The notes: generated by a model from the sequence alone, not told the origin. Shown: positions 12,713-26,801, numbered from the stretch's first letter. The stretch: DNA of 64,000 nucleotides from Octopus sinensis (GCF_006345805.1 NC_043003.1:67022001-67086000), one strand, 5' to 3'. A program made the numbers and translations.

Positions 12713-13204
12713 AAAACAATACTAAATATACTTGAAGATGTGGTTAATGCTTGAAGTAAGTATTTTGTTGACGCTTTGAAATAAGGATCGGGAAACAGCC
12801 GATCCCATTTGAATTCAACACCGCTCTCAACTCTATATGAACATATTTATGGTCAGCATTAACACCAAAACGATAGGTTATTGAGTTGTAAAATCAAAGA
12901 GTCATTATTTTTCGTTAACACAGATGTGCTCAAAAATGTTTCTTATGCTTATACATTCCATTGTTTTTAATTGTAATCTTAGTGGCTATTTAAGCATTGT
13001 ATTCGAGGATGTGGTGCATAAGAGGGAACAGCATATCCCAAAATATGCTTAAACTTCCAATACCTATTTTTCTGTCTTCGATCGCAGTCGTAAATTCCAG
13101 TGGTTGCTCTAAATTCTAATGAAAATCTGTAAAAATATTCTTACAAAATTTCGCCCTTCGCTTTAAAACGTTTGGGAACTTTGCTCAAATCGAGCAACGT
13201 CGTC

Positions 13205-13382
13205 ATTATTATTCAGGTCACTGCCTGGAATCGAACTCAGAATCTTGGGGTTTGTAGGTCGCGCTCTTAACCACTACGCTAAATGCCCGATGAAGGCTGG
13301 AGGGAATATGAGCCGAAACGTTCCGTTAACAACAAACAAGATGGGGACAAATATCCGTCGAATGTAAATAACGTAAATAACA
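13205..13382. mobile_element. SINE family C (tRNA head plus HHR tail), rearranged copy
   Basis: Head on the minus strand (13212-13287) fused directly to a plus-strand tail ccgatgaaggctgg...agccgaaacgtt...ccgtcgaatgtaaataac. Confidence 0.8.
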
Positions 13383-13656
13383 GAAGCACCGGTTGTTAAA
13401 CAGTAGCAGCGAACACACACTCGTGCGCGCGTACACACACCTACGCACACATACCCCCCCCCCCCCACACAACTGTTTTTTTATATTAATTCTGCAGTCG
13501 ATAAAAAAAAATGTTGAAATATGGCGAAGGATATAGACGGAATTTTAGATATCAGCGGCCATAACTTTTATTTAAGTTTTAAAGAGTTAACTCCCCTGCC
13601 AAATAACGTTTCTGCCAGAAATGAAATTAAAATATATATATATATATATATTGTTT

Positions 13657-13830
13657 TATTCTTTTATTTGTTTCAGTTATTTGACTGCGTTAATGCTGGA
13701 GCATAGCCTTTAGTCGAACACATCGACCCTTGCACTCATTCTTTTGCCGAACCGCTAAGTTACGGAGATGTAAACACATCAACATCGCTTGTCAAGCGAT
13801 GGTGGGGAAACAAATACAGACACAAACACT
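13657..13830 (-). mobile_element. SINE family B 3' portion with internal deletion
   Basis: cttttatttgtttcagt.atttgactgcg..atgctggagca...ttttgccgaaccgctaagttacgg. Confidence 0.8.
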
Positions 13831-13859
13831 AATAATATATATATATATATTATATATAT

Positions 13860-13903
<44 letters not shown>

Positions 13904-13967
13904 ATATATATACATTATATGTATATATATGTATATGTATGTATATATAATATATACATATATATAC

Positions 13968-16965
13968 ACTGAGGAAAGACAAGAAATGTCTCTCAGGAAA
14001 ACATCCAGAAAAGAAGTGTGCTCCTCAGATGTTCTGCGCAACGCAGCAGCTGAGCAAGAGTTGTTTTTGTGCATGGCGCAAAGGATTGTCCAGCAGCTAA
14101 CCGGGCTACACCAAGCACAAAAAGGAACCTTGCCCACCACTATGCAAGACCACCACAGTCAACAGACACGGGATGGCCTCCCCTAACGCCTGCACAGTCA
14201 TCACCCCAATACTTTTACTAAATATTGGGGGGCTGTTGCATCAAAATAAAAACAAAATTTATTTCCTGAGAGATCTTACTGCATGCAATCAAGCCCTATT
14301 CATAGCACTCGTGGAAACTCACCTCAGCCCTGATATAGAGGACGCAGAAATACACGTACCAAACTATGCCATACTGCGAACAGACAGAAGGGAAAGGAGC
14401 CATGGTGGAGTTGCTGTATACATCCTGGATGACCTCACATCCCCAGGTCTTACTGATATATTCAAATTCGGTATGTGACACTCTAATTGTATACATAAGA
14501 CAACATAATATAGTCATATGCAATACATATTGCCCACCGGATGCCCCAAACCACATAGGCAAGTTTGAAGATTGCCTCACAAGAATTAAAGAAATCCTCA
14601 TTAATCTGGAACACCACGTGACCATATTTCTTATGGGTGGTTTCAACTTCCCCAACGTCAAATGGCCCGAAGGTCTCATACTCTCAGAAGTGACTCATTG
14701 CAAGCAAGCACTGGTGGAGTCCCTGCTCAACCTCACCAATGCCCTATTCATGGAGCAACCTGTACTCAGACCAACTAGGGCGAATAACATTCTGGATCTC
14801 TGCTTCACGAACAATATGGACATCATTCATGATGTGAAAGTGACACCGACTTTAATCTCAGAACACAACATAATAGAGCTGTCTATGTTTGGGCCGAAAG
14901 TAACCATAGACATACAGCCTAAAGGAAGCACCCGAAAACTCTCCAATCTGAAATTCCACAAAGCAGATTGGAAATCGATCCAAAAAGAGATCCTCAGAGA
15001 GGACTGGCCGAAATGTCTCTCCACACCAGACATTAACAGGAAATTAGAATGTTTCATCTCTACTGTGCAAGCCATATGCTAGAAATGTCCCAGAGCATAA
15101 GGCCAAAACAAATAGGAGCAAGTTTCCAAGAGAGAGGACGATCCTCATGAGACGACGGACGAAGGTTGCAATCCTATGTGAGAGACAAAGCAGACAAAGA
15201 AGCCTGGGTTATAAAAAACATTAAGTCAAACCCAAAGGCCTTCTTTCATTACGCGACAGTAACAGCCTCAGTACACTACTAGATAGGACACCTCCTCCAA
15301 AAGGATGGCTCCCTCACAGACAGTCCAACTAAGATCAGTGAGATACTGAATGACAAGTTCAAAAGTGTATTTACCACCCCGTTGGAACACAGACAAGTGA
15401 ACGAACCTGTGGACTTCTTTGCAGCCTCACCTATAACCAGCGAGGCAGTTACAAAGGAATACATTGACATTAGCGAAGACGATATACGACTAGCCATAGA
15501 TAAAGTGGAAACAAACTCAACTGCTGGTCCTGATGATTTCCCAGCAATCCTCCTCAAATCATGTAAGCATACCCTGGCAAAACCCCTCAAGATTCTCTTC
15601 CAGAGCATTCTTACAAATGTCAAACTGCCAAGCAAGCTGAAGGAGGGAATAATATGCCCAATACATAAAGGAGGAAGTAGAACAGATGCCCAAAACTATA
15701 GGCTTACCTCTCTGACTTCACACATCAGCAAAATCATGGAACGGATAGTCAGAGGGAAACTAATCGCATTCCTTGAAAAGAATAACTTGCTGAGTGATAC
15801 CCAGGATGGTTTTCGACAAGGTAGGAGTTGCCTGACCCAGCTCTTACAACATTATGACTGGGTGTTGAGGTAGTTACTCAACAAATCAAATGTGGACGAA
15901 ATATACCTTGATTTTGCAAAAGCTTTTGACAAGGTGGATCATGGTATGATATGCCACAAACTGCGTGACCTTGGCATAGCTGGAAAACTTGGAGTGTGGT
16001 TATATGACTTCCTGAAAGATAGGAGTCAGGCAGTAGCGGCTAATGGAGCCACCTCTATAAACACACAAATAGTGAGCGGGGTTCCACAGGGCACTGTCTT
16101 GGGACCACTGCTTTTTATAGTGGCCCTCTCAGATATGCCCTCAAATGCCGGGATAGCTACTCTGGAAAGCTATACAGATGGTACGAAAGTCTCTCAGAAA
16201 AAACAGAACCCCAACGATGTTGCACACATGCAGCAGGAGTTGGACTCAATTTACAGATGGGCTCAGGATAATAATATGCAGTTTAATGCTGAAAAATTCC
16301 AGACTCTGCGCTACCAGCTTCCAAAACTGAATATGAAACTTACAGGGTACACCGGTCCACAGGGAATTTCACTCCCAGACCCTAAGTCTGTGAGGTACCT
16401 GGGTATCGACATGAGTGATGATACCTCTTTCCAAGTGAACATTACCAGAATGGCGACAAAGAGCAGACGACTGGCTGGATGGATCCTAAGAACATTCAGA
16501 ACCAGAGATAAGGAAACCGTGATGGTCCTCTGGTGGACATTTGTCCTCAGCCGCCTGGATTACTACTCACAGCTATGGTCACCCACCAGTGTGAAATTGA
16601 CAACGGACCTTGAAGTAATCCAGAGAAGATTCACAAAGAAGATAGTCTCTTTGCAACAGCTCAGCTACTGGGAAAGGTTGAAACAGCTAAGACGCTACTC
16701 CCTGGAGAGAAGACAGGAGAGGTATGCAGTAATATATATCTGGAAGATCCTGGAAGGAATTGTACCAAATTTTGGCATTGAAAGCTACACCAATGCCAGA
16801 ACGGGGCGACACTGTATAGTGCCAAAGGTCCCAGCAATACCATCACACTTCAGGACCAGTTACTGCAACAGCCTGGGTTTCAAGGGCCCACATATTTTTA
16901 ATATTCTCCCAAAGAGTCTGAGGAACTTGCACAAAGTAGATGTAGGGGTTTTTAAAACAAAACTT
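13968..16965 (+). mobile_element. Decayed CR1-group LINE family 1 (end of ORF1, APE endonuclease, RT), truncated at both ends
   Basis: APE motifs LLNIGG, IALVETHL, R-x-D-R..GGVAVY, GxFNFP, NILDLCFT, SEHN. RT motifs GPDDFP, YRLTSLTSHISKIMER, LDFAKAFDKVDH, SGVPQGTVLGPLLF, YTDGTK, YLGI. Several stops and frameshifts. Confidence 0.92.
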
Positions 16966-16970
16966 TATAT

Positions 16971-16971
<1 letters not shown>

Positions 16972-17009
<38 letters not shown>

Positions 17010-17435
17010 GTTTAACGTCCGCTTTCCGCGCTAGCACGGGTTGGACGGTTCGACCGGGGTCTGGGAAGCCAGGGGCTGCTCGTGGCTCCAGTCTGATCTG
17101 GCAGAGTTTCTACGGCTGAATGCCCTTCCTAACACCAACCACTCCGCGAATGTAGTGGGTGCTTTTTACGTGCTACCTGCACAGGTGCCAGGGGGGGGGG
17201 CATCGGCAACGATCGGTTGGAGCTTTTAACGTGCCAGCGGCACGGAAGCCGTCCAAGGTGGCGCTGGCAACGTTCGGATGGTGCTTTTTATGTGCCACCG
17301 GCACAGAAGCCAGTTGGAGCGGCGCTGGCATCGGCCACATTCGGATGGTGCTTTTTATGTGCCACCGGCACAGAAGCCAGTCGGGGCGGCGCTGGCATCG
17401 GCCACGTTCGGATAGTGCTTTTTATGTGCCACCAT
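16972..17435 (-). mobile_element. SINE-like / RTE-related non-autonomous retroelement with (GAT)n tail and internal 67-bp tandem repeats
   Basis: (CAT)n then cgtttaacgtccgctttcc...gtttctacggctg.atgcccttcctaac.ccaacc; gtgctttttatgtgcc recurs at 17281, 17348 and 17415. Confidence 0.65.
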
Positions 17436-17457
17436 ATATATATATATATATATATAT

Positions 17458-17545
17458 AAGACACTTGCCCAAGGTGCCATACAGTGGGACTGAACCTGGA
17501 ACAATGTTATTGAGAAGCAAGATTATTACCACACAGCCACTCCTG
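17458..17545 (-). mobile_element. SINE family B head fragment
   Basis: aagacacttgcccaaggtgcca..cagtgggactgaacc...ccacacagccactcc. Confidence 0.8.
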
Positions 17546-17565
17546 CGCCTATACGTACACACACA

Positions 17566-17611
<46 letters not shown>

Positions 17612-18734
17612 GGCACGCACACACACACATGTTGTTACATTTTTGATGTGTTCATGTTTTGGGGGCCAGTTCACCGCATACGCTATATACTTGTTCTGCA
17701 CTCCACCATAATATGTTGATTTCTCGTCAAGCTGGTATACTGGTCGTTTATGGTTAGAGTATTCTCTTTCAAAGAAAGCCTTGTTTTTTTTTGCTTGTCG
17801 GCACTTTAATACTTCTGCTCAAGCGGATACCTGTTTTAATGAATATTCTAATTGGCATCATGCAAAAGAAAATAAACATCAAAGGTTTAAATAAGCCCGC
17901 AAACTCTGCATCCCATATCCAAGCTATGGTAATACGTAAGGAACGCCAAAAGCGTTTATCCACAACGTCCGTGTCTTCAATCTTGCAAAATGATTAGTTG
18001 AACAAAAGCCGTGTATTATATCAGTTCCGTTGTTGATATTGTTAATTTTCTTTGTGGAAACGAATTGCCTTTTCGAGGAAACGAAAATGAAGCTTTTTCA
18101 GGATTTTTATTCGGAAGACGATACGTAGCCTTGTGGTCGTTTTATAAAATTATACCAGTACACATTAGATAAAGACTCAAAGCTAATAGAACGTTACAGT
18201 ACGATTCGAAAAAATGCGACCTACACCTCAGCGACTTCACATCAAACTCTACAGTCTTATAAATAAAGGCTCAAGACCTTTAATATTTGCAAACCAAAAT
18301 AATCTTGAAAGGGAATGGGTGGAAACTATTAAAACTGTTCAACTATTTTGGAGATGTTTGGCAACTGCTTTGATCTTAGACCGTGTGTAGAAACTAAAAC
18401 AAATAAAGCGTTAAAGGCACATATTATCTATTTAAAATAACACAAGAATTGGTAGCTTCACTAAACAGTCTTTGAGCTATTGTGGGCAGTTAAACAGTGT
18501 CATACACGCGGTTATTGTTTAACTAATGCTTAAACATAAACTACAACACCAGGGAATGATTATAACATTTGGTACAATAAATAATTGAACTGGTTGCTGC
18601 TGCGAGTGTCACTGGCCACACTCCGTGGCCATGCACACCATAAGTTCTAGCGTGTGACCCATCCACCCATGCATCCATCTACTGTTGCTTTTCTCCACCC
18701 TTCTTTTTCTTCTCCATTTTTCTACACACACACA

Positions 18735-18783
<49 letters not shown>

Positions 18784-19769
18784 GCACACATATATATATA
18801 TATATATTATGATTTTTTTTTATACAATAACATTAATTGACTGTTGAAAATAAATTATTTTCCTGTCGTAAAAAAGATACGCCTAAATAATATAAAGGCC
18901 AATAACTCTGATTACTTATTTGTGAGTTACTTCCCTTAGAATTTGAACGCTGCGTTTTCAGTGACAGCTATTAGGTATGATGTTACTTCTGCATAAAATT
19001 ATACAGCAGCTATAAATATTTTTAAATTTTATACTTTAACCATTATATAAACATTAGACCCAGCCAGCTGAATCATGTAACTTTAAAAATTACTCAGGTT
19101 CGGCAAGTTTAGACACTTACGCACAAAATCAAGAAATCCTTTGAACAAAATGGTATAAATATAATTTTAAGTTTAAGATTTCTAGTGTTTCAGAAATATT
19201 TTATTAACCCATTAACTGCCAAATTTTTTAATTCATATTTTTTTACCTTGCCAGGTTCTTTAGGAGTTAAAATAATATATAGTATTTAAATTCTCTTCAT
19301 ATGTGAATTATTTTGGAAATTCTGATAAAATTTTCGATATGTGCCAAATGGGGATTGCTGAAAAAAAGCCTATTTATCCCTTTCTATTCAATTGCAATAA
19401 TAAATATTTTAGCTTTTTTGACACTATAGTATCAGATGTGAATGTGTATGAAATATCAATGAATGATATAGATCGGAAATGCAAAATATATAAATAAATA
19501 AATTAATTAAATATGACATTTTCAAAATAGTCAATATTTTTGTAGTTTATAACAGTCCTCTAGTATTAGCCAGAGCTAATAATGATCAAACTTTGTTAAA
19601 CACACATCTGCAAATGCAGTGTACATAAGCAACACTTTAAGTACAACGAACAACCGGCAGTGAGCCTGTTTACAGCAGATCCCAATATGGGGCTCATGGC
19701 AAGCAATAACTATTTGTATTAGGGATTTGCTGAGATGTGGAATGACTTATTTTTTATCTGTAATCCTTG

Positions 19770-19960
19770 ACTTTTATTTCTTTCAGTCGCTGGACTGTGG
19801 CTACGCTGGAGCACTGCATTTACGAGTGTTTGGTCGACAGAATTGACTACATTATGAGTCTCGTAATTACTCCATCGGACTTTATGCTGAACCGCTAAGT
19901 TCTGCTGACGTAAACAGTCCAAACCAACGACGAGGGTGAGCGGAAAATACAGACACAAAG
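19770..19960 (-). mobile_element. SINE family B 3' portion, degenerate
   Basis: tttcagtc...gactgtggc.acgctggagcac...gaaccgctaagtt. Confidence 0.7.
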
Positions 19961-20333
19961 ACATACAGGCGCAGATATACATATAATCACACACACATAC
20001 ATACATACCTACCTACCTACATACATACATACATACATACATACATACATACATACATACATACATACATACACACACACACACGCATACACGCTCATAG
20101 GAACACATATATAATACCTATGCAGTAGTTATATAAAAAGGGCAAATATAGCTATATCTCCGTAGGTTGAGACAATTGATGAATAACTTTAATCGATTTT
20201 CAAACTTTCTTGGCTTCTTATCAGAGGTGTCCACATTAATTTGATCAACCACAGAGAAACAAGCTGCTAATCTGTTCAACGAAAAAGAACTCTATCGGTG
20301 AGAGACAAATACCTTTGAATACTACAGTGTAAA

Positions 20334-20400
20334 TTAAATTATATATACATGTATGTATATATACATATATATATGTATATATACATATATGTATATATAC

Positions 20401-20433
<33 letters not shown>

Positions 20434-20540
20434 TATGCATGTATATATATATATGTGTGTATATATATATGTATATATATGTATATATATATGTATATAT
20501 ATATATATATATGTATATACATATATATATATATAATATA

Positions 20541-20620
<80 letters not shown>
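20334..20620. repeat. (TA)n / (TATG)n array
   Basis: Direct reading. Confidence 0.95.
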
Positions 20621-20623
<3 letters not shown>

Positions 20624-20899
20624 CAAGAAAGTTAGAGGTTGTGAATCTAACCAGCTAAGGGATAATATCTTATCTAATATACTGCTGGTAGAATATCCAA
20701 TTATTAATACAGAAGTGTTTTTTATTGCATTGCAATTACATTCTCGAGTGTACTAAATGAGTGAAGGTAAAGAGATATTTTACCATTAATTTGTAGAGCA
20801 ATAAGAAAATGGAGGAGATCAATAGGTGGTTCATCAACTTTTAGACATTATATTATATTGACGTATTTTTTTATTTATTTACTAAACTGACAATTACAA

Positions 20900-22155
20900 A
20901 GCAAAGGCTGGGTATGTATTCAAAAGCCACCAGCAAAAAGCCAACCACTTCTTATTCAAGGATGACCTCAAAGTTTATGGTAAATATGAATCACAAGTCA
21001 GTTCCTTCGGTGTATACTTTCAGTGCTGATATCAGAATGAAGTTCGGACTGAGAAAGTGTGGTGTGTTAGTCTTGAAGAGAAGCAAAATCAAATGTATGG
21101 ACGGGCTAGCGATATCGTCGTGGGGAGGTTATGCAGCAGATAGGGGAGACGGGTTATAAATACTTGAGGATATTGGAAATGGATAAATTGATGGAAAAGG
21201 AAGTGATAGAAAAATTTAAGGTGGAGTACTTGCGCAGACTGAGACTGACCCTGAAGTCGAAATTAAAGGGACGGAATAAGATCAAAGCTATCAACACCTG
21301 AGCAGTTTGATAAAAAAAAGAATGCATGGACAATTTCATAGGGATGGTGAAGATAAAGCAGACAGAGAAAAAAGATGGCTATGGATGACCAAAAGTGATT
21401 TAAAATTGGAAACGGAGGCTCTAATTTGTGCTGCCGAAGAGCAAGCATTAAGAACCAATTACATCATATTCAGAATAGACAACATATCAGAAAGTGATAA
21501 GTGCAAAATTTGTGGACAAAATGGGGAAACAATATGGCATATTACCAGTCAATGTACGTCACTAGCCCAGAAGGAATATAAGAGACGCCACAACAATATA
21601 GCAAGGCTTGCCCATTGGACACTTTGCAAAACGTATGGACTTGACAGAGCAAAAAAGTGTTACGAACAATAGAACCGAAATTATCATCGAAAATGATAAG
21701 GCAGAGATCGTATAGGATATCATGATTCAGTGCAGCCATGAGATAGTGAATAGGAAATCAGACATAGTGTTAATTGAGAAAGGAAGCAAACGATGCTGGA
21801 TCATAGACATAGCATGCCCATCTGACAACAAGGTATGCGATAAGGAAGAAGGAAAAGTCGACAGATATGACATGTTAGCTTGGGAGGTTAAGCAGTTGTG
21901 GTCGATGAAAAAGGTGGTAGTAGTCCCAATAAATGTCGGATCCCTGGGAACAGTGAGTAAAAATCTTGAGAAGCACATGGAACAAATAGGGGTTGCAATG
22001 AGGGTGGAGCACTTGCAGAAAACAGCACTGCTTGGAACCGCTCGAATACTCTGGATGGTGCTCGAAAATTAAGGGGTGTTACATTAATTCACTGGTAGTG
22101 AACAGCTGACACCGTGGTACATATCCAGAGTTAGAAGGTGTGCAAAGGCAATAAA
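20900..22155 (+). mobile_element. 5'-truncated R4/Dong-like non-LTR retrotransposon (RT end, CCHC, restriction-like endonuclease), followed by (TAA)n
   Basis: DDLKVY-like RT motif near 20955; C-x2-C-x7-H-x4-C (CKICGQNGETIWHITSQC); KSDIVLIE...IIDIACP; LQKTALLGTARIL; (TAA)n at 22152-22240. Confidence 0.85.
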
Positions 22156-22156
22156 C

Positions 22157-22232
<76 letters not shown>

Positions 22233-22244
22233 TAATAATAATAT

Positions 22245-22445
22245 TTTCTACTATAGGTACAAAGCCTGAAATTTGGGGAAGAGGCCCACTCGATTAGTTC
22301 GACCCCAGTATGCAACTGGTACTTAATTTATTGACCTCCAGAAGGATGAAGGCAAAATCGACTTCCGCAGAATATAAACTCAGAACATAGCGGCAGACGA
22401 AATACCGCTAAGCATTTCGCCCGGCGAAGTAACGATTCTGCTAGT
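22245..22445 (-). mobile_element. SINE family A monomer (variant 3' end)
   Basis: tttctactatagg.acaa.gcc.gaaatttgggg...gacgaaataccgctaagcatttcgcccggcg. Confidence 0.8.
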
Positions 22446-22449
22446 CCCA

Positions 22450-22670
22450 AGCAGTAGCTCTCATGGCTTCTGATCTTAACTGATTGGATGTGTCATCATG
22501 TACATTATTTTGTCTTGCTATAAAAGATGGACTACAGCAAATATTCTGCTAAATACCACAGATGTGCTTGTCAATTGTTTGACCGTAACCAGATGAGCAT
22601 GCCCCTTAAAGTCTGACGATATGTTTATCTCTAATCACGCGCAGTAGTGGGGGAGCATCATAACAATCTG
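22450..22670 (-). mobile_element. Probable SINE fragment (family E)
   Basis: Looks like a recurrent cephalopod SINE body (catgagagc.actgc end; tgatta.agat..acatatcgtcag). Recalled pattern only, single copy in the window. Confidence 0.4.
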
Positions 22671-22929
22671 ACGAGAGGAAATTTTGGGGCTTGAATAATT
22701 CAACTCTGGAAATATGGGTGTTTCGTTTAACATCCTTAAATATGAAGTAACAAGGAACCGGCATTAGCATGTACCAAGTAAATTTATGCAGGATGATGGA
22801 AAGGCCTTGCACAAAAAGAATACAAGCGCCGCCACGATAAAGTGTGTGTGTATCTTCATTGGCTCTTATGCCGTAAATACCAATATGAAGTAACAGAGAA
22901 CTGGTATGAACATGTACCATGTAAAGTTA

Positions 22930-23372
22930 TGTAGGAGGATGGAAAAGTAACGATGATTTTCAGAGGGATCGTGTAATCGAACACCGTCCACCGGATATTG
23001 TCATACTGAATAAGAGAAATAAATACTGAGAGATGATTGATGCAGCCATACCAAATGAATGTTGTGAATAGGGGTTGAAAAGAAAATCACCAAGTACTCC
23101 GAATTGGAAGTGGAAATGGCAAGACTGTATGGAATGTGAGAGGCTAATGTAAAAGTGATACCAGTGGTAATCGGAGCGTTGGGGTCAATCCCATTGAAAC
23201 TTCAAAACTTCTTAAGGTAACTGGAAATCCCATGCGAGATTGATTTCTTGCAACAAGAAGCCTTATTGGGCACAGCACACATCTTAAAGAAAGTATTATC
23301 TGTCTCAGGTCCTTATGATTTGACAGATGACTAAGACTCCGGTGCTTTTTACCTACACTGTGTTACGAAGGA
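22930..23372 (+). mobile_element. Second R4/Dong-like 3' fragment (endonuclease region), followed by (TAA)n
   Basis: H-R-P-PDIVI, VIPVVIGALGSIP, Q-x-A-LLGTAHILKKVL remnants; (TAA)n at 23371-23585. Confidence 0.75.
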
Positions 23373-23384
23373 ATAATAATAATG

Positions 23385-23438
<54 letters not shown>

Positions 23439-23505
23439 GTAACAACAACAACAACAATAATAATAATAATAAATAATAATAATAATAGTAATAATAAATA
23501 ATAAC

Positions 23506-23573
<68 letters not shown>

Positions 23574-24064
23574 TAATAATAATGATAAACTCTTAATGTG
23601 TGTATTATATTTTATATATTGTGTATGCTGGGTCCTTCGAACACCCAACAATTTCCTAACCGACAGGCTTGTTATCAACATCTTTTAAGCAATGTAGTGT
23701 ATAGCAATATGTCTAAACTTGTAATTTATCTGAGAGATGATAATTGCTTCATTTAACAAATAACAAGGAAACCATTGAAACCGTTTACCCATGCGTATGG
23801 AAAGGTTTGTTTTATGGTCTAGAACACTTATAAATCTGAACTAATTAACAACACATATGAAATAAGAAACCAGATAATTTATTTTAATGAACATTTTGGC
23901 AGTTTTTCAATGTTAAACTCTATACTTTTCCCCCAAACAAATGGAGATAAGAACTCAATTCTCACACCTTGTCTGTTTGTTTGTGTGTGTGTGTGTGTGT
24001 GTGTGTCTACGTGAGACGGTTATCATCTGAAAAGATGAAGCAGTCAGCTTCCACATATATGTAA

Positions 24065-24405
24065 CTCTTTAACTCTTTTACTAGTTTCTGATCGAGAGTT
24101 GCCGGCCATGTTGAGGCACCATTGTTATCTTTGCCACACCTTCACTACACGAAACCGCCTCTGGTATGTGGCGTTTGGTTAATGAGGGAGTTTGATGTTG
24201 CTGTTCTGATCTGCGTTACCTGCCGCATGGTAAGCTCGTCTGGAATCCTTGAAAGAAGATCCAGTTTCGTTTTGTAGACGTCGATATCCACCCCGTGTAG
24301 GTCTCTCAGGCTTTTCGGAGGATATTGAAGATCTTTTCGTACTTAAAATTCAAGCTGTTGCAGTATCTGGTCCTGTAACTCGATGGCAGTGTTAGTATAT
24401 CCGGC
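24065..24405 (-). mobile_element. 3' end of CR1-like LINE family 1 with intact tail
   Basis: The reverse complement matches 16800-16965 of the large LINE, continues through the 3' UTR and ends ggtgcctcaacatggcc...gaaactagtaaaagagttaaaagag. Confidence 0.8.
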
Positions 24406-24409
24406 ACCG

Positions 24410-24480
<71 letters not shown>

Positions 24481-24879
24481 TATATTATACTGAAAATATA
24501 CTTTCAACTCCAAAAATAAGAACGTCCGGTGTCAGTAGACCAGGCTAATTCAAATGACGTTGTAATCCTCTAAGAGAACCTTTCGTTTATAAAATTTTAG
24601 TCTCGTCAGACGATACAGAGCAACGCAGCAGGTATGCATTTTATTGATCACTGAAATAGGGTGATGTATGTGGCGCAGGAAACGCTTGCTACCGAATGGG
24701 TTCCACGAAAGGCTCCCAAGTATCAAGTGATAATATGAAACTGGGTACAGAATTATGTATATCACTTAAGTGAGTCACGGGAAGTAAAATCTGAATGTCC
24801 TTAGAAGGACTCCATTTTATAATACATTCAGTTTCTGGTAAAGTTTATCAATCGCTTAATTGCTCTTTGACTGATTGAT

Positions 24880-25260
24880 TGACTGATACATTCACACTCT
24901 GTCACTCACTCACTCACTCACTCTCTCACATATTAACTCATTCACCAACTCCCTTACTCACTCGCTCACTCATTCACATGCTCACTCACTCATTCACTCA
25001 CTCATTAACACTCACCCACTCACCCACTCACTCACCCCATCTCTCACTCGCTCACTCACTCACATGCTCACATGCTCACCCACTCATTCCATCACTCACA
25101 CACTCACTCACTCACTCGCTTGCTCACTCACATGCTCACACACTCAATCACTTCACCACTCACTCACTCACTCCATCATCACTCACTCACGCACTCACTC
25201 ACTCATTAACTCACTCATCCACTCACTCAGTCACTCACTCGCTGGCTCACTCAATTATTC
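24880..25260. repeat. Degenerate (CACT)n tetranucleotide tract
   Basis: Direct reading; explains the Thr/His/Ser/Leu ORF 24879-25340. Confidence 0.9.
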
Positions 25261-26334
25261 TCCTACATACGAGGGAGCACAATCTGGAATATGGTCACAT
25301 GTGTGGCCGAAAGATCATATATCAGTACTTCTTATGCTAGTACAGGAAATGTAATATTCGTATCTAAATCTAACTGACTACAAGATTACATATTTGACAA
25401 AGATTTTAAATTCCTCTTAAAGACGTCCCTATGTGTATGAACGATATATAAAAGCACATAGAGACAGGAACAGCACACACTATACATATTCCCATACATA
25501 AATATATAAACACAAACGCAGAAAAGGTTAGACAGCGTCATAGACGTATACAAATGAGCTTATATGGTTTTAGTTGCACACGTAGACAAATTTATCCATT
25601 AAATAAACGCATACATATACATAGAAACATATATTTGTACGCATACACGTATATTTGTACGCACACACAAATGCAGAGACATTGAGGAAATCATAGAGAT
25701 ACATTAATGTATATGTTCTGTATTTAGAATCATAATTTAATATATATAATAATAATATAATACATCTATTTTCTCATTTTGCAGAAGAATGTGAAGATTA
25801 CGCTAGAGATATAAAGCACGTCTTTTTAAGACTACATATAGTTCGCCAAGTGCGGTAGAGTAATATCATGTTGGGCGGATTATATCCTTAGAGAAAAGAT
25901 TAAACAAGACTAGGAAACTAAAAACAGAAATAAATGTGTAGAATATAATCTTTTTTCAAAATAAATATATAAAAAATAATAATAAAATAAATAATTCACG
26001 AAATATTAAGTAAGAATAAAACAAGAGGAATAATATAGCTGATAGCATTAATACAAAAACACATACATATGCTGATATACATACATATATACGTGTATAT
26101 ACATATATGATATATACTCATACACACATACGAATAGTTACATACAAGCATACATACATACATACGTATAGATATAGATTTATATATACATACACATATA
26201 TGTATATATATATTATATATATAGAAAGATAGATAGATAGATATGTGTGTATTTTCTTCTAATAGTAAAAACTGCATATGCGAGACAATATGCATACCTA
26301 CATATTTAGATGTCTATATATGTACATATGTATA

Positions 26335-26424
<90 letters not shown>

Positions 26425-26801
26425 TTAAAACATCATATATATTTACAGTATTAAAGATAAGTGATATACATACGTGTTCACCAGTCCCATATGCGCACTC
26501 AGAAAATACAAACACACACACACAAACGTATGGATGTACGGGGTGGATGGAGGGATGATTTATTATTTATTTTGTTTCCATGTATCAGAGTAGATAATAA
26601 GTAAACTTGCAACGATCGTTTAAGATAACACGTTTTCAATATTAGTTATTGAACATCAGCTCCAAAAAGGTGAACGCAGTGTTATGTGGATATGCGTGTA
26701 TAACATTCGCACATACGTATACATACAAACATACATTCAATTATATACGTATATGTATAAACTAAATTTGTTTCTCCATTTTCTTATTTGTATTATATAT
26801 A

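Noticed and set aside
17760-19560. piggyBac-like transposase remnant and TTAACCC end (19204)
   Set aside because: Only faint motif resemblance across broken frames and no matching second terminus found; needs tBLASTn.
24560-24615. Hammerhead on the minus strand (CTGACGA...GAAA)
   Set aside because: Stem II pairs poorly and no stem I partner follows the putative cleavage site.
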